DNA of 64,000 bases from Chrysomallon squamiferum (Eukaryota; Animalia; Mollusca): positions 15,934,001 through 15,998,000 of the forward strand of contig CM022670.1 in NCBI GenBank assembly GCA_012295275.1, read 5' to 3'. The position numbers and the translations under genes were made by a program. The notes below the pieces were generated by a model. It was given only the letters and a program-made list of their open reading frames with translations. It made no database searches and was not told the origin of the DNA. Positions within the stretch are counted from its first letter, which is position 1; each line of letters begins with the position of its first letter. Below are positions 26,278 through 40,773 of the stretch, piece by piece.

Positions 26278-27504
26278 GCAGACTATCACTTACATGCAAA
26301 CATGCAGTGCCAGCCTGCATTGTTATTCAGTTCTGATAAGGTGACATTGTAAGAGTCTGCAATCGTCTTTCAAGCCAACTTTATCTTCATCCACGCTGTG
26401 ATGACTAGATCTTTCTACAGGATGGAACATCGAAAATTTCTATTTATCTCCCTCAGAACTTACTCATGTACGAATAATCTCCAGGAACTCTCTAACACAA
26501 AGCTGCTGCCATGCTGTCAGTACAGCCAATAAGTCAGAATTTAGAGAAAGTTCTGTGAATTGTACTGTAACACATAAAATACATTTTAGAGACATTCACT
26601 GGGTCAGATTCCTCAACTTTGTTGATTTTCTGTTGCTGATAAATATTGAAATGATCTGTGGTGATTCTATTTCTCCATCTTTCTACTCTTGTACCAGATG
26701 TTTCAAACACAGCTTCTGATTTTGGAAATAGTCTTCACATCTGACTGTTTATCTCTTTGTGTGTTTATTTTCTTACCTGTCATCTATTAATCCACCTAAT
26801 TTTTCACCCATTCATTTTTTTCATCCATCCATCCATTCATCCAAACATCTGTTCATCTTTTCATCCATTTTCCATCCATCCAAGCATCTATCTAATCATG
26901 AAGCCATCCATCCATTTAGTTAACCACCTATTCACACAGTTCATATAAAAGCAGACATCTTAATCCAAGTCTGCTTCAGTAATTCCTTCTTTGTCCATTT
27001 CAATATCTTTTTTTTTATTTATCTGCCACCCTGGAGATTGTTTAAGAACTAATGGAATCAATTTTCATGGAATTTCAGGAACCGTTTTTTGAAAATGGCA
27101 GCCATGATACTGATATTTAGATAACTGGGAGCATGTTTAGAGGTATTCAGTTAAAGACGAATGTCACATTGTGAATGTTGTTACCACCTGTCTAAATTGA
27201 TGCAGCATCGGAGATTGCCTGAATGTCAGGGAGAATGGTCTCAACCCACACATTTTTATTCTCTCTGGCAGATAGAGTAAATGGAAGCATTGCTTGTCTT
27301 ACTGAGTGTTAACAATAGAAAAATGTCTTAATCTGACAGCTAATAAGAATCTCTCTTCTTTCGCTTTCTCTTTCTCTTTCTCTATACAGCTATGTCTGTC
27401 TGTATGTATGTATGTATATATGTCTGGATCCTTATATTTATCTATCTCTCAATTTATCTGTATATCTATATATCTACATATCTTTATCTGTCAAAACTAT
27501 TTTC

Positions 27505-27638
<134 letters not shown>

Positions 27639-29028
27639 AAATTGAAAAATTAACTTTTATTTATAAAATCTGGCAAGCTGTCATGCATATTTTCTCTTTT
27701 TAATTCTTATATGAAATTCATACTGTGCAGGTGTATATTAACCAAACTGTACGTTATTAATAATTACGTTATCTGCGTGCCCTTGTTTACCCTCGAATGT
27801 TTGGTGGAAATTAGAAATAGATCCCAGACATTTTATGGTTTATGGTTTAAATAAGGGTAGTAATCTTTCATTGTTGATACAGAGATGAAATGTTTGCTGA
27901 ATCAATAATGACCACACAGTGCTGCGATTGTGCACCCTATCTGGCAATCAGAAAGTTCTTTGATTCGGTTACTTGAATGAAGCATATCTTTTATGTATTT
28001 TGCCCATTTTATCATTCATATCAACTTAAGCTGAATTGCTGTTGGCTCAACTTTATTTTGAATTTTGACATGGGACCGTGTATTTTTCGTGGAGGTAGGG
28101 AAAGTTAATTTAACTTCAAAGCTCTGATAATGTTTATCAGCGGCTGATATCAGATGTCTGTGGAAAACAATTGCAGGAGAAGCTATGATGAAAAGTTGTT
28201 TTTTTTTTTGCTGATAAATGCTGAAGTTATTAAATATGCTTACAGGAGCAGTGTTACGTCTGTACAGAATGACAAACTGATGGCAAGATAGCTGCCAGTC
28301 AGCTTGTACTTTGTGGACTGGCCAGCTGTTAGCACATCACTGAAACCAACCAAATCATTTCGTTATTGTTTCTCTTGTCATCATCATCTTTACTGTCATT
28401 TTTTTTTTATTGTTATTGATAATACTATTTGCATTATTATCATCATCATCATCATCATCATTATCTGTCATCATCATTATCATCATTAACATCTTCATCA
28501 ACATTCACTGTCATCATCATCATCATCATCATCATCATTATTATTATTATTATTATTATTATAGGTGAGTCTTTAATGTGAATGTGCAAGTGTACACATA
28601 TGTCACAAAAATTAATCAAGTGCCATAATGATCTTCAACTGAGGCTTTTGTGTTTAAATCTCTGGGTGCTGAGACATTCATTTCCTCTCTGTGACATTAG
28701 CCCCGCAATCACAAACTCAGCTCTGTGTATTATTGAATCCTAATTGTACAGAAAGACTGACCACTGTCCAGATTACCTTGTTTATCACACTGGGTCAGTT
28801 CTGTGTGTGAAAATCTTCTTTAATTGCCTCTTTCCTCACTGTCCTCTGATAATTTCATCAATACACTGGAATTGCCTTGGGGGTGTCTGCAGCGCAGGAA
28901 AACTGAACTAAGCTTTTCCACTTGTTGTAAATAGGGATGTACTGACCTAGTAATACCTGAACTAATCCAGTTTGCTGAACTGGTTGGCACTAGAGGGAGA
29001 TTGTTCAGTTGTAGTAGTGGAGGGAGGG

Positions 29029-29308
<280 letters not shown>

Positions 29309-30636
29309 ATAATTATTTACATAAAAATGTGTTGATGATAAAAAAAAGTAATAATAATAACAAGATGTATTTATTTATGCATTTGCTCATTCAAAACAAT
29401 TTAAATTATTCTCCCTCCATTTTAACATTACTGAATGCAGCAGATAGGAGCCAGATCATTATTGATTTGATATTTGAAAAAATCTGTCTTTTCAAGAACT
29501 TTTACTTTTTTTTGTAAAATAAAGTAAACAATACATCAGTAAAACACTAATATAATTTTAATATGACAATATGACATCAGTGCAGTGATACAGTATAAGC
29601 TGCAGATATACAATATGAGTCACAGATATATATTACAAGTTTTAGTTCATTTTCTAATGCAGGTCATAGTTTATAGACATTCTAAAATCTTTAAACATAA
29701 AGCAATTTTTAATTAGACTTCTGTCCAAAAAATAATAAACTGCATGTATTTACAATATGTAATCTTAACAGTTAAATATACTTGATTAAGTTTAATATTA
29801 AACTGTCATCTCAATTTCAGCCTTTCTGTTGATAAATGTTGTAAAAAGATTAAAATGAATAACATCTATTTGCATGCACTCCAGAAATTTTAAAAATTTT
29901 TTTTTTTTTTTTAATTTGTCTGGTGTGTGCACCATGTCTTCTTGTTTTGTATTACACAAAAGAAACATAATTTACTCTCATGGCAGAGTTAAAAAAAAAA
30001 AAAAAAAAAAAAAAAATAGACTGAGAGGAAATAACAGTGATAAAGAAAATTGAAGATGACTGAAGAATGTAAAGGAAAACAGCTAAATATCAGACAGTTT
30101 CATGCAATAACTGTTCAGTGCTATTACAGAGAGGAAAATGTCAATCAGGTGCCATTAAGAAGATTGGTAATTGTGGTAATTCCTCCTCAGAGTGGTGATC
30201 CAGCAAAATCTCTCGACCCATGACTAAGGTGGATAAGACGTCCAATATTTTTAAAAGCACATAAGTAGATAAGCTGTTTCCCTTGAGATGATGTCTCTCT
30301 CACTTACACACTGAACTGATATTTCCTCTCCTTTCTGTCACAGACACTCTTCAGAAAAACCCCACCTAGATCTATAAACACGTTTCAGAATATTTACACC
30401 GTTAGACATAATCTTGTTATTGCACTCGTCCATTTAATATTTACTCTTTGAGAATATTCTTCCAAATATTCTGAAGCATCATTTTATTAATTTATAAATT
30501 AAAACAAATTGAAAAAAAACGTAAATTGCTTCTAAGAAAAGAAAGTGAAGTAGAAGATAAGATTATTGTTATATTTTATTTTAAAAAAAAACTAAATTTA
30601 AAAAAAAAAAAAGAATTGGGAGATTTGATGCCCCCC

Positions 30637-30804
30637 TCCTTCCCTGTATAACTGTCCCTGATGGAATATACTGAAGATTAGAGTCTTCTCCTTCCCTGTA
30701 TAACTGTCCCTGATGGAATATACTGAAGATTTGAGTCTGTGATGAAATACGCTGGAGATATGGACCCCTGCTACATAACTGTCCTGATGAAGTACCGGTT
30801 ACAT
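30637..30804. repeat. ~53-bp tandem duplication plus a degenerate third copy (ccttccctgtataactgtccctgatggaatatactgaagatt)
   Basis: Two identical ~40-bp cores at ~30638 and ~30691, and a partial tacataactgtcctgatgaagtac at ~30770. Confidence 0.9.
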
Positions 30805-31331
30805 GCACACGCTATCTGACTGGTGCTAATGGAGTCGTGTTCTTCCTGCCGGGAGCTTCTTATTTTCTTCTCATTGGGGTTTCACTTAAAAGAGAATTTC
30901 AAGATTAAACTTTGTTTATGAAATGCACACTCTGATAAGAGAATACATGTATGTGTATCGTATATTTCGTTCTGTCTGCTCCGTCTTTTGTTCTGTCGCT
31001 GGTGGTGACTTTTTTTTTGTAATTGATGTTTTCTCTGAGAGGAACATCAATTTAAAGATTAGATAACTCATAAAAGATGTTTAGGTGCATCAGCCTGGGC
31101 TGTAACCATATCAGTGTATCTGTGTGTTTGCTTTTAAATGTTTTTGACAAAGTGAAAGGAATAAATTACTGACATATCTGCAGCCAGGTATTAGCTATAA
31201 ACAAATAATGATGGTGTAAATATTTTTTTTTTTTAAGCAGTAAAATGTTTTGATATGCCATGTTGGTCTGAAAAAAAAAAAAAATGTCTGGTTTTAGGTT
31301 TGTTGCATAATGTTCTGATTTTGTATACTGA

Positions 31332-31347
31332 TGTGTGTGTGTGTGTG

Positions 31348-31395
<48 letters not shown>
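31332..31395. repeat. (TG)n microsatellite
   Basis: Visible directly. Confidence 0.97.
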
Positions 31396-31398
<3 letters not shown>

Positions 31399-32677
31399 AT
31401 ATACATTACACATCAAACTTGCACAAGTCAATTTAAAAAAAAACTTATTTAATTATATTTGCTTTTTCAGTTCTTAACCTCTTTAATTCAAAATTATGAT
31501 TTTATTTTATCACTTTGTCTTTAGTTGTCTTATTATTGGACTGTTGAAAACATTACAATTTTTTTATTTATTTTTTTTTACTTGTTTTATTTAGGAAATA
31601 ACAGGGGTAACCCTTTTATAGATTTGTTATTGTTCTTTTTTAAATTTCTCTCTGTTTGAAGCAGGATCATTAAAAAAACACTGTTAAACATTCGTCTTTT
31701 ATTCTCTGATACTTCAAATACAAACCTCTGGGGGATCATTCGTCTGTGAACTTTTTTATTTCTTATCTGAGACTTTTGTCTTTCTAGACAACATCTTATC
31801 AGAATAAAGCTGAAAAGACCTCACAGACTTGTACTTTCAGGAGAAAACTATTTCATTATGATTTAGTAGTAATATGACAGTAAATGTAAATTAGTATATG
31901 TCTGAGCTGAGTGGTCTAAACGAGACTGCAGTGGAATAATTACTTTGTATAAAAACTCATCTCATAATGGCTGCATTATGACTCTACTGAGGAACACACA
32001 TCACAGCAACGGCGGCCTCTGTCTGACTGCTACAGCTACAGTAACATCTCTTAATTAAACAGAGGTGAGTGCTTAATGTACTGTAGTGTCTTTATGGCTG
32101 ACAGCAGTTTGATAGTTTTGTATACTGGACATGACTGATATATGAAACAGTACTTGTGACTCTGTAGTTCAGCATAACTGTATTGATGATGAGCATACAT
32201 ATATATACATACGCAAACACAAACACTTTCATATGTACATATATTCAAACACTTTCACATGTACATACATATATAAATATATGTTTAATGAATATACACA
32301 CATGAAGGCATGAATTTACAGACAGAAACATACATGTACTCATACATACATACACAGCAAAAAGGTACTAAACTAGAGGAACCATTATTTAGCAAACAGG
32401 ATAAAATTTATTTCTGTTTAAACAGATATTTTTGTATATTTGCTGATAGCCAGTGATAAATGAATTATGTTTTAAATGGTTAAAAGTAATCATTCACACC
32501 ATTTGAAGTTTTGGGGCCTGATGTTTATTTTACTATCTGATAAGTAGATATGGGGGTAGTGTAGATTCAGCTGATTTTAATAACATTTCAACCTCAGACT
32601 TAATGACCCATGGGATTGGTGCCAAATGTTCCAACATCTTGGTAACAAACTCCCTTTCTTTTTGCTTGTGACTAAAT

Positions 32678-32723
<46 letters not shown>

Positions 32724-35700
32724 ATTAGCTTATTTTATTTGCTATGGTTATATTGCCAACAATGATTTTGATTATTTTATCTAGTTACGATCAATTTTCT
32801 AAATACTTAAAAAATCAAAATTATCTAGATGACACTAACAATTATTTTGATTTTAAAAAAAAATCAAAATTTGTATATATCAAAGACAGCTTTAACAAAG
32901 ACATGCATTTTCCAGTCAACCAAATTTAAATTTGTCTACCAGACATTTGACTGTTAAGATTTGTCCCTGCAGTGAATGGATCATGTTGAATGTTAGAGAC
33001 AAAGTGACATCAGATCTCTCCTCCTCAACAGTTCATGTTTAAGACAAACATTTAATACTCATTTAATTACTTCTTCTGATGGTTCAGTCAAGTTGAAAGC
33101 AGCTGCTGGCTCTGACCTGAGTGGATTGGGTTGTACTTGATTATTTCTGTTTAATGACAAGTGAACAGGTCACCAGTCAGTGGTGCATTGGTTAGAGTGT
33201 TCAACTAAAGTGTGACACATTTCTCCATTTTTAACTGTTCCCTTTAAAAACTTGTGATCTTAGTATGTACAATCACATCTACATGGAAGGTTTGTGTCAA
33301 ATATTCTTTGATTTTAAGAAGCAACAGTAGCACGTGAATTAGTTGTCACAGGTTTTAAAAATAAGTTTACCTTTTTTAACTGTCTCAATTTTTATACTAA
33401 AATTCATTTCCTGTTTCTACAAAATGCTTACATAACAAAATTAAATTGTACTTAATTTTCATGAAGGTTATATTTGCTACAGATCTGTCTTTATCTCTGT
33501 AACAAATAAATAAAAAATGTCATTTGAAAAAGAAAAAAAAAATCAGAAAAAAAAAAATCATTATTATGACTAAGGCCTGAAAATTGAATTTAATGAGATA
33601 AAAAGAATTACATGACTTTGTCTTGACGACTGTTCTCAGTTCGTCATATTAAGTTAAAATCTTCATATTAAGTTTCAAAGCTAACTGGTGTTTAAATGCA
33701 TTCTTTCCTCTGACTCTGGCTAAAACAAACTGTTGATTGTAATTATGAAGATAATCATGAAACAAGAACACATGTTATTAGTTAAAAGGCAAATGACACA
33801 TCCCTGTTATTCTTCACAATCAGGAAGACTTTTTGCTCTCAGTGAATTCCTCCATTTTCTGTGTGCTCCATTCAATTTAGCATAGCCTGCAGCAGACTCT
33901 TTTCTATTCTTTTTTCTTGCTTCAGATGAGGATAATGTGAGAGCCTGTGGTCACTGTGGTAATTTTCTGCTCATTGCACAGGTTTTTTTCCTTAGCTTGG
34001 TTTGTTTTGTGGTCAGTATCGGCTTCCTGATGTGGACCACTCATTAACATCCTGCTCTGTGACTCAGCACCCTGCTCATTGAACTTCCTCAATAATGAAT
34101 TCTGCGATGGCCTTGAAGCCACAAATGAGATTTTTTTAATTTTTAAAGCCTTTTGTGCTTGAATCCTATTACAAAGCACATGGAAACCTCTCTCCTGAGT
34201 TGTGTTGCTTGGAGGTCTTCACTGCAGTGACTGCTTCTACAGATTTCTCTCTCACGCACAAACACACATACAGACACACAGATACAAACACAAACATTTC
34301 TGTGAAAGTAATCTTAAAGGTTGCAATTACAGCTTTGTGTTTTATGGGAGAATTACAAATGCAATTAAATCAGTGAAAAAGAAAAGACTAAAATATCACT
34401 TATTTGTTTTGTTCTGAAATTTCAATACAAAATAGTTGATGTGTCATTCATTCATTCATTTATTTTTATATGTTTTAATATTTAATATTCCAATTATAAA
34501 TTTTTAAGTTTCTTCTCATTCTTATGATTAAAATTTTATTATTATTATTACTTTTTTATTATTTAATCAAAATGAGCTGTATTAGACTTTATGAACTGCG
34601 TTAGTAGACTGTATGATCATTCAGTTGTTATACTGCATGAACAGTTGTACTGTACGAACAAGTTATTAGTCTGTATGAATGAACCATTACTACATGAACA
34701 GTTAATTCAGAAACCTGTACATTTGACACCAGTGGTATTATTAGCACAAGAATACCTCACACAGAACTGTTGATATCTACACCAGATATTTAACAACCTG
34801 CCTAATGAAAACTCCATTATCACATTAGCAAGTTCATTGTGTAGTTTGTGACTGTAGCTTCTGTCACTGGACTTCTTTGTGTTAGCTGACCATCAACATC
34901 CTGCTGTCCTGGACAGTGGTCACTTTATATTAGTTTATTTCTCTTGCTAATGAATTTATGATACAGAAAGTTCACCCGTTACTGGATATAAATCTTTAGT
35001 ATGTTCATATAAGTTGATTACATCTGTCTGTATGAGTATATTTATTGTTAATCCATTTATATCTGTACATCTTGTATCTGTAAATGTATGTATTTACCTA
35101 TATAAATATACATATATAAATATAGAGATATATATGTGTGTGTATATATATATATATATCTGTCTTTATCTACCTACCTACCTATCTATATATCTATCAG
35201 TGTATTTACCTATATGTCTGTCAGTCTATCCATCTGTCTGTCTGACTGTTTGTCTGTGTGTGTGTGTGTGTGTGCATGCATTTGTGAACACACACACACA
35301 TACACACACACACATCTAAACACTCAGAAATTATCATTCTAAACACAGCTGTTTCATTCAGTTCATATTTTTAACGACTTTTTAAAATATTTTTAAAAAT
35401 AATACAAACTATTGCAATACAACAATTACAAATGAAAAAGATATTTTGTTTATGTATTTTTGTTTCCATAGTGATATTTTATCTAATGACAAGTTGAGAG
35501 TATCATATGATTTATGGTTTAAGAAATTAATGGAATATATCTAGTCACAGAATCTGAAAATGGCAGAAGAAGAGAGGTGACTGCAAATGAGTAATTATAT
35601 TTTCATTTTGATTATTGAGTTTCTATTGATCTTTTATTGTTTTATCAAGCGTATCATGATGTTATGTTTAATCGCAGTTTGGTCACAATATTATCAGATT

Positions 35701-35769
35701 ACACTGTGTGTGTTGTTAGCTAAGAAACTCTGCCACAACATCAGTTACTAGGCTGACTTTTTTCATTGG

Positions 35770-35808
35770 TTAATGACTTTAGCACTCTTTTTCTTTTTAA
35801 ATCTTTTG

Positions 35809-35850
<42 letters not shown>

Positions 35851-35922
35851 GTATGTATGTACATGTGTGTGTGTGTGTATATATAAAAGATTTAAAAAGA
35901 AAAAGAGTGCTAAAGTCATTAA
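35770..35922. repeat. 38-bp perfect inverted repeat flanking a (TA)n/(TG)n spacer
   Basis: ttaatgactttagcactctttttctttttaaatctttt (35770-35807) is the reverse complement of aaaagatttaaaaagaaaaagagtgctaaagtcattaa (35885-35922). A degenerate extra right arm lies at ~35978-36010. Confidence 0.93.
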
Positions 35923-35932
35923 AAATATATAA

Positions 35933-35975
<43 letters not shown>

Positions 35976-36062
35976 CTACAAAAGATTTAAAAAAAAAAAG
36001 TGCTATAAAGAAAGAATGCACATATATATAATATATATAGATAGATAGATATAAAGATGTAG

Positions 36063-36115
<53 letters not shown>

Positions 36116-36524
36116 GTCATTGTTTTATTAATAATGGTTTACATTTCGGATTTAATATGTTACCAAATGTAAGAACAGCAATTCAGATTAAATCAATATC
36201 TTAGAATAATTGTATTGAGGTTTTGTGTAACATGTCACAAAACTTGCATTATCAGTGGACATGCAGCTGTCACTGGTGTTTTTTTTCATTGCTATTGATC
36301 TGATGCTAATTTCTGAAGTAAAAAAACATATTAGAAATTTTATTTCAATTCTGAAATCATTATATTAATTTTCTTGTCTCAAAGGAAGACAATTTTCAGA
36401 CGAAAAGGGAAGTAACTCTTACAATATACTGTGTTTCCAGGGATCACATCTGCAGTTAAATGACAACTGAATTAAAATGAAAAATAATAGTAATTATACT
36501 AAATAAAAGATATAAGTTTCTAAT

Positions 36525-36972
36525 TACATAATAATAATAATAATAATAATAATCAAAATAATAATAATAATAGTCAAAATAATAACAAAAAATAATAATA
36601 ACGATAATAATTAAAATAATGAAAAAAAAAATCAATCAATAAAACAAATAATAATAATAATGAACACATACAAAACAATAAAATTAAACATTTCAGATGC
36701 ATTAATATCAAATACATTTACAAATATATCAAATATAAAATACCTAAAATACTTAAAATAATAATAATAACAATAATAATAAAAATAGTAATAATAATGC
36801 TATTAATGATGATGATGATAACAAAAAAAATAATAATTAAGATAATAACTAAAATAATGAAAAATGAAATAAAATAATAATAATAACAATAATAATAATA
36901 ATAAGAAGAAGAAGAAGAATAACAATAACAATAACAATAACAATAATAACAATAATAATAATAATAATAATG
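36525..36972. repeat. Degenerate (AAT)n/(AAC)n/(AAG)n low-complexity tract
   Basis: Visible directly. Confidence 0.9.
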
Positions 36973-37758
36973 AAAACTGAACAGCAGGTTAGCTTTGTTT
37001 TGACTTCTCTCTGGTAAGATACCTAATCTGAAAGTAACAGTGACTCCTCACTTGACTAGAACATGCTGGAAATGTTAAGAGATTATGCTGAGACCACACA
37101 CTGAATGCAGAGTTATGATCTGACCTCTTTCTCTAATAGCTCCACAGTTGTCTGTTTATCTGGAGTGGCCTCCCCTGACCTCCAGCAGTTGAGGTGTCTG
37201 TGTGTGTGAGAGAGAAAATGTCAAAGAAGGCTCATGTTTATAAGTTGTGGTTCCAGACAGATAAAACAATGTGAGGCTTTGTTTAATGGCAGCCTTCTGA
37301 TTAGGATTTCAAAACATTTCACCAACTGTCTTTGATGCTACACCTAGATTACCACAGCTTTTTTGCTTTTTTACTTTTCCTTCTTTTGTGAACCTGTAAT
37401 GGAGTGTATTTATAGACATGTTAAAATGTTTTTAAAACACTTTTTTTTTTTTGTTGTTATCTATATCTAATCAGTCCTGCATTTTACTGGAAACCATAGC
37501 AGCTCCTGGTTTCTTAACTTACTTTTTGTTTCCAGTTGTTCTCAAGATAAAAGTTCGAAAAAGCCTTTCAAGATTTAATTTCTAGATATTTTTTCAAAAG
37601 ATTTTTTTGACTTTTTAAATTTTAAATGGCTGTCAGTTATAAAGATAATATATATTATTTTTTATTCTAAATGTATCATTTACAATCATTCTCTAAGGAC
37701 AAAAAAATAAAATATCAGTTTGTAAAATTATAATAACTATGTTTTAAGCATTTAGCCA

Positions 37759-37805
<47 letters not shown>

Positions 37806-40733
37806 TAATAATAATAATTAATAATTAATAATAATAATTAATAATAATAATTTAATAAAGGTAATGATGATAATAAGAATATCAAAAACAATGACAAAAA
37901 CATTGGCATCAACAACAATTATAATAATAAAGAAAAACATTCTTATCTTTTGGTTGTTTTTATTTATTTTGTTTTGTTTTGTGGAGTTTTTTAAAATTTC
38001 TTTTAGCATATAAAATGTCACACTAGAAGATAAAACCGAGTCTGCATTTTAATCCTTTTGTGTTTGAGTTGAAATAAAACTACTTTAAACTCAACACTGA
38101 GATGTCTACTGTTTTGTAACACAGTATCTCGGCTTGGCAAATAGGTGCATGGCTCATTAACATTCACTTAATTAGAGGTTCTTTCTATGAAAAAGGTGGA
38201 GCAAGGGCCAAACATAATCTTGAGAAAAATGTGCAAAGTCACAGTTTGCTCCCCAACTGTGTGTAATGGATAGTGTCTGATGTATTTGATATTATTTGAG
38301 ATAACAAAACAAAAACTGTTGTAGGTTTGTTAAAAGAATACAAATCTTATAAAATTCTGAAATTATATTTAATAATTCATTTGTAAAGAAAAATAATAAT
38401 AACAACAAATGGAACAAAATATGAATTTTTAATTAAAAAAAAAAAATCATTATTGATGATGACATGAAAAAAAAAAATTGTATTAGATGTTGAACTTAAA
38501 ATAATAATAATAAAGAATGCATCCAAATTTATGATTAAATTTAATATAAATTAATATTGTTATTGCATAAATATGAAAATTAAAAATGATTACAGCTTTG
38601 ATATATATTGGAGATAATTAGTGACATGTTTTGAAACTTTTCTGAAATGGGCAATAATAATAAAAACAAAACTTCATAAAATCTGTATCATAATCACAAA
38701 ATTTATATATCTGAACATTTCACTCTTAAAACATAATAAATATTTTAACAATAATAATCAAAAATATGTTGTGCCATATTCTTCTATTTTCATAGTCCCA
38801 TTATTTTTTTTCTGGACTATTTTTTTTTTTTTTTTTTTTCCATGACATTTTTTTTTTTTTCTTTTTCTTTTTCCAACACCCAAGATTACCATCAGGTTTT
38901 CCATTATCCCATTTTTAAAAAAAATCTTTTACCTCAGCCAGAATGAAGTTTTCTCTAGTGAAAAGCACGGAGGAAGGAATTGTGATTATCTCTCTTACTT
39001 ATCCTGCTTGCTGCAGTCCTCTGACGATACGATGATCGAGAAAACTGTCCTGATTTCTTCAAATTGTCCATGAAATTGGCTGAGCTCAAACTCAAAGCGA
39101 AGAGTGAGTTTTCCCTAGCGACCATGTTGTTATCCCCATCTCTGTCTCTTTAACATTTTTATAACTCAATTTTCACTCACGTGAATTTAACCTTTTTTTT
39201 TCTCTCTCTCTCTCTGTATCTTCCTGACAAATGTTGGTGGTTAATGAGAAAAACATTGAGAAAATAAACTCAATGAATATTACCGACAAATTAATCAACA
39301 ATAGATTTTCTCTGTCTAGAAGATAACGAAACTTTACACCTTATGTGTATGTGCATATATATATATATATTATTTTTTTTATACTTTATTTATTTATTTA
39401 TTTTTGTTGTTATTATTATCTTTTTAGACCATTTTTATTGGCAATAAAACTTACCCACACTAAGGATTAACATGACATCTTTTCATTTTATAAACACATT
39501 TTACCATTTTATCCTGCCTTTTGTTTTGTAACATCCATGAAACGTGAACTGTATATGAGAGAAAACTTGAATTACTGATTATCTGCATCTTTTAAAAAGA
39601 GTATATATGTAGGTATGTATGCATGTCTGTGTGTGTTGGTTGGTGTGTGTGTGTGTTTGTTTTATTACTTTCACAGATGTTAGCAGTATTTTAATACAAT
39701 TCAGTTTTGCAGAAAAAAAAAGAAAGATAGTCACAGTATTTTGTTCACCTCCTTTTCTTTCAAATGTACAAAGATGTAAATGTAAATTAATATACATAGA
39801 TGTAAATTATATAGTCTGTTTTCAGTAATTATGAGGTAAATTTTTTACAATTATAATCTGAAATTATTACTTTATTGATTATGATAGTTTGTCCTGCCAG
39901 AATTTTGTTCATATCACTGAAATTATTACAGAAGAGACCAGAAAGGTAAACAGGATGAAAATATTGTATTAACAGTTTTACAGCAAACAAAGCAACACTA
40001 TAATAGTGCAAGTTCCCTTAGAGGCAGGCAAGAGACTTGCATGACTCAGTCTTTTGTGCATTTGGACGTCTGGGAGAAATATTTTGTTGGGTAACCTAGT
40101 ATAAATCAAGATATTTTATTAATACAAACTATTTTATATATTTCTAACACTAACTCAGTTCCTTCATGTACTCATGTATTTTAAATTAATATTAAGAAAT
40201 GATGGAAAATTAAAAATGATTTTAGTTAAAACATCATATTTCAGTGATGACTTGAAATTGTTCAGGTCAGGATGAAGACATCATCGACTGTGTAGTTTTT
40301 AATATTTAATCTCACCATCCATTACAACATCCTGTCGAATCAGGCTGTCAGAATGTTGCTGGTCAAAGCGATTATTTATTAGATGTTTATTAATATCATC
40401 AACTAATTTAGAAAATGAATGTCATATGTATTTCAAATATGACAGTGGGGGAAAAGGACCACCTGTGGAGAATTAAATTGTTTTCTAAAACAGTCTCCTT
40501 CTCCCTAACTGCACGCGACATGCGATGGGTTGGTGTGGTGGCTTTTTTCCCCAGCCTCTCTTTGAATTTAATTCTGCAGGACAGATTTTTAATTAATGAA
40601 TTTAATATCACGAAGAGTTTAATAATGAGAACTACACGTTTAATGCTAGAGAGAAATTTTCAGTATGATTGTTAATGAAAACCATTAAAACTCTGGTCTT
40701 GTTATTAATAGAATAATTATTTAGTCACAGATA

Positions 40734-40773
<40 letters not shown>

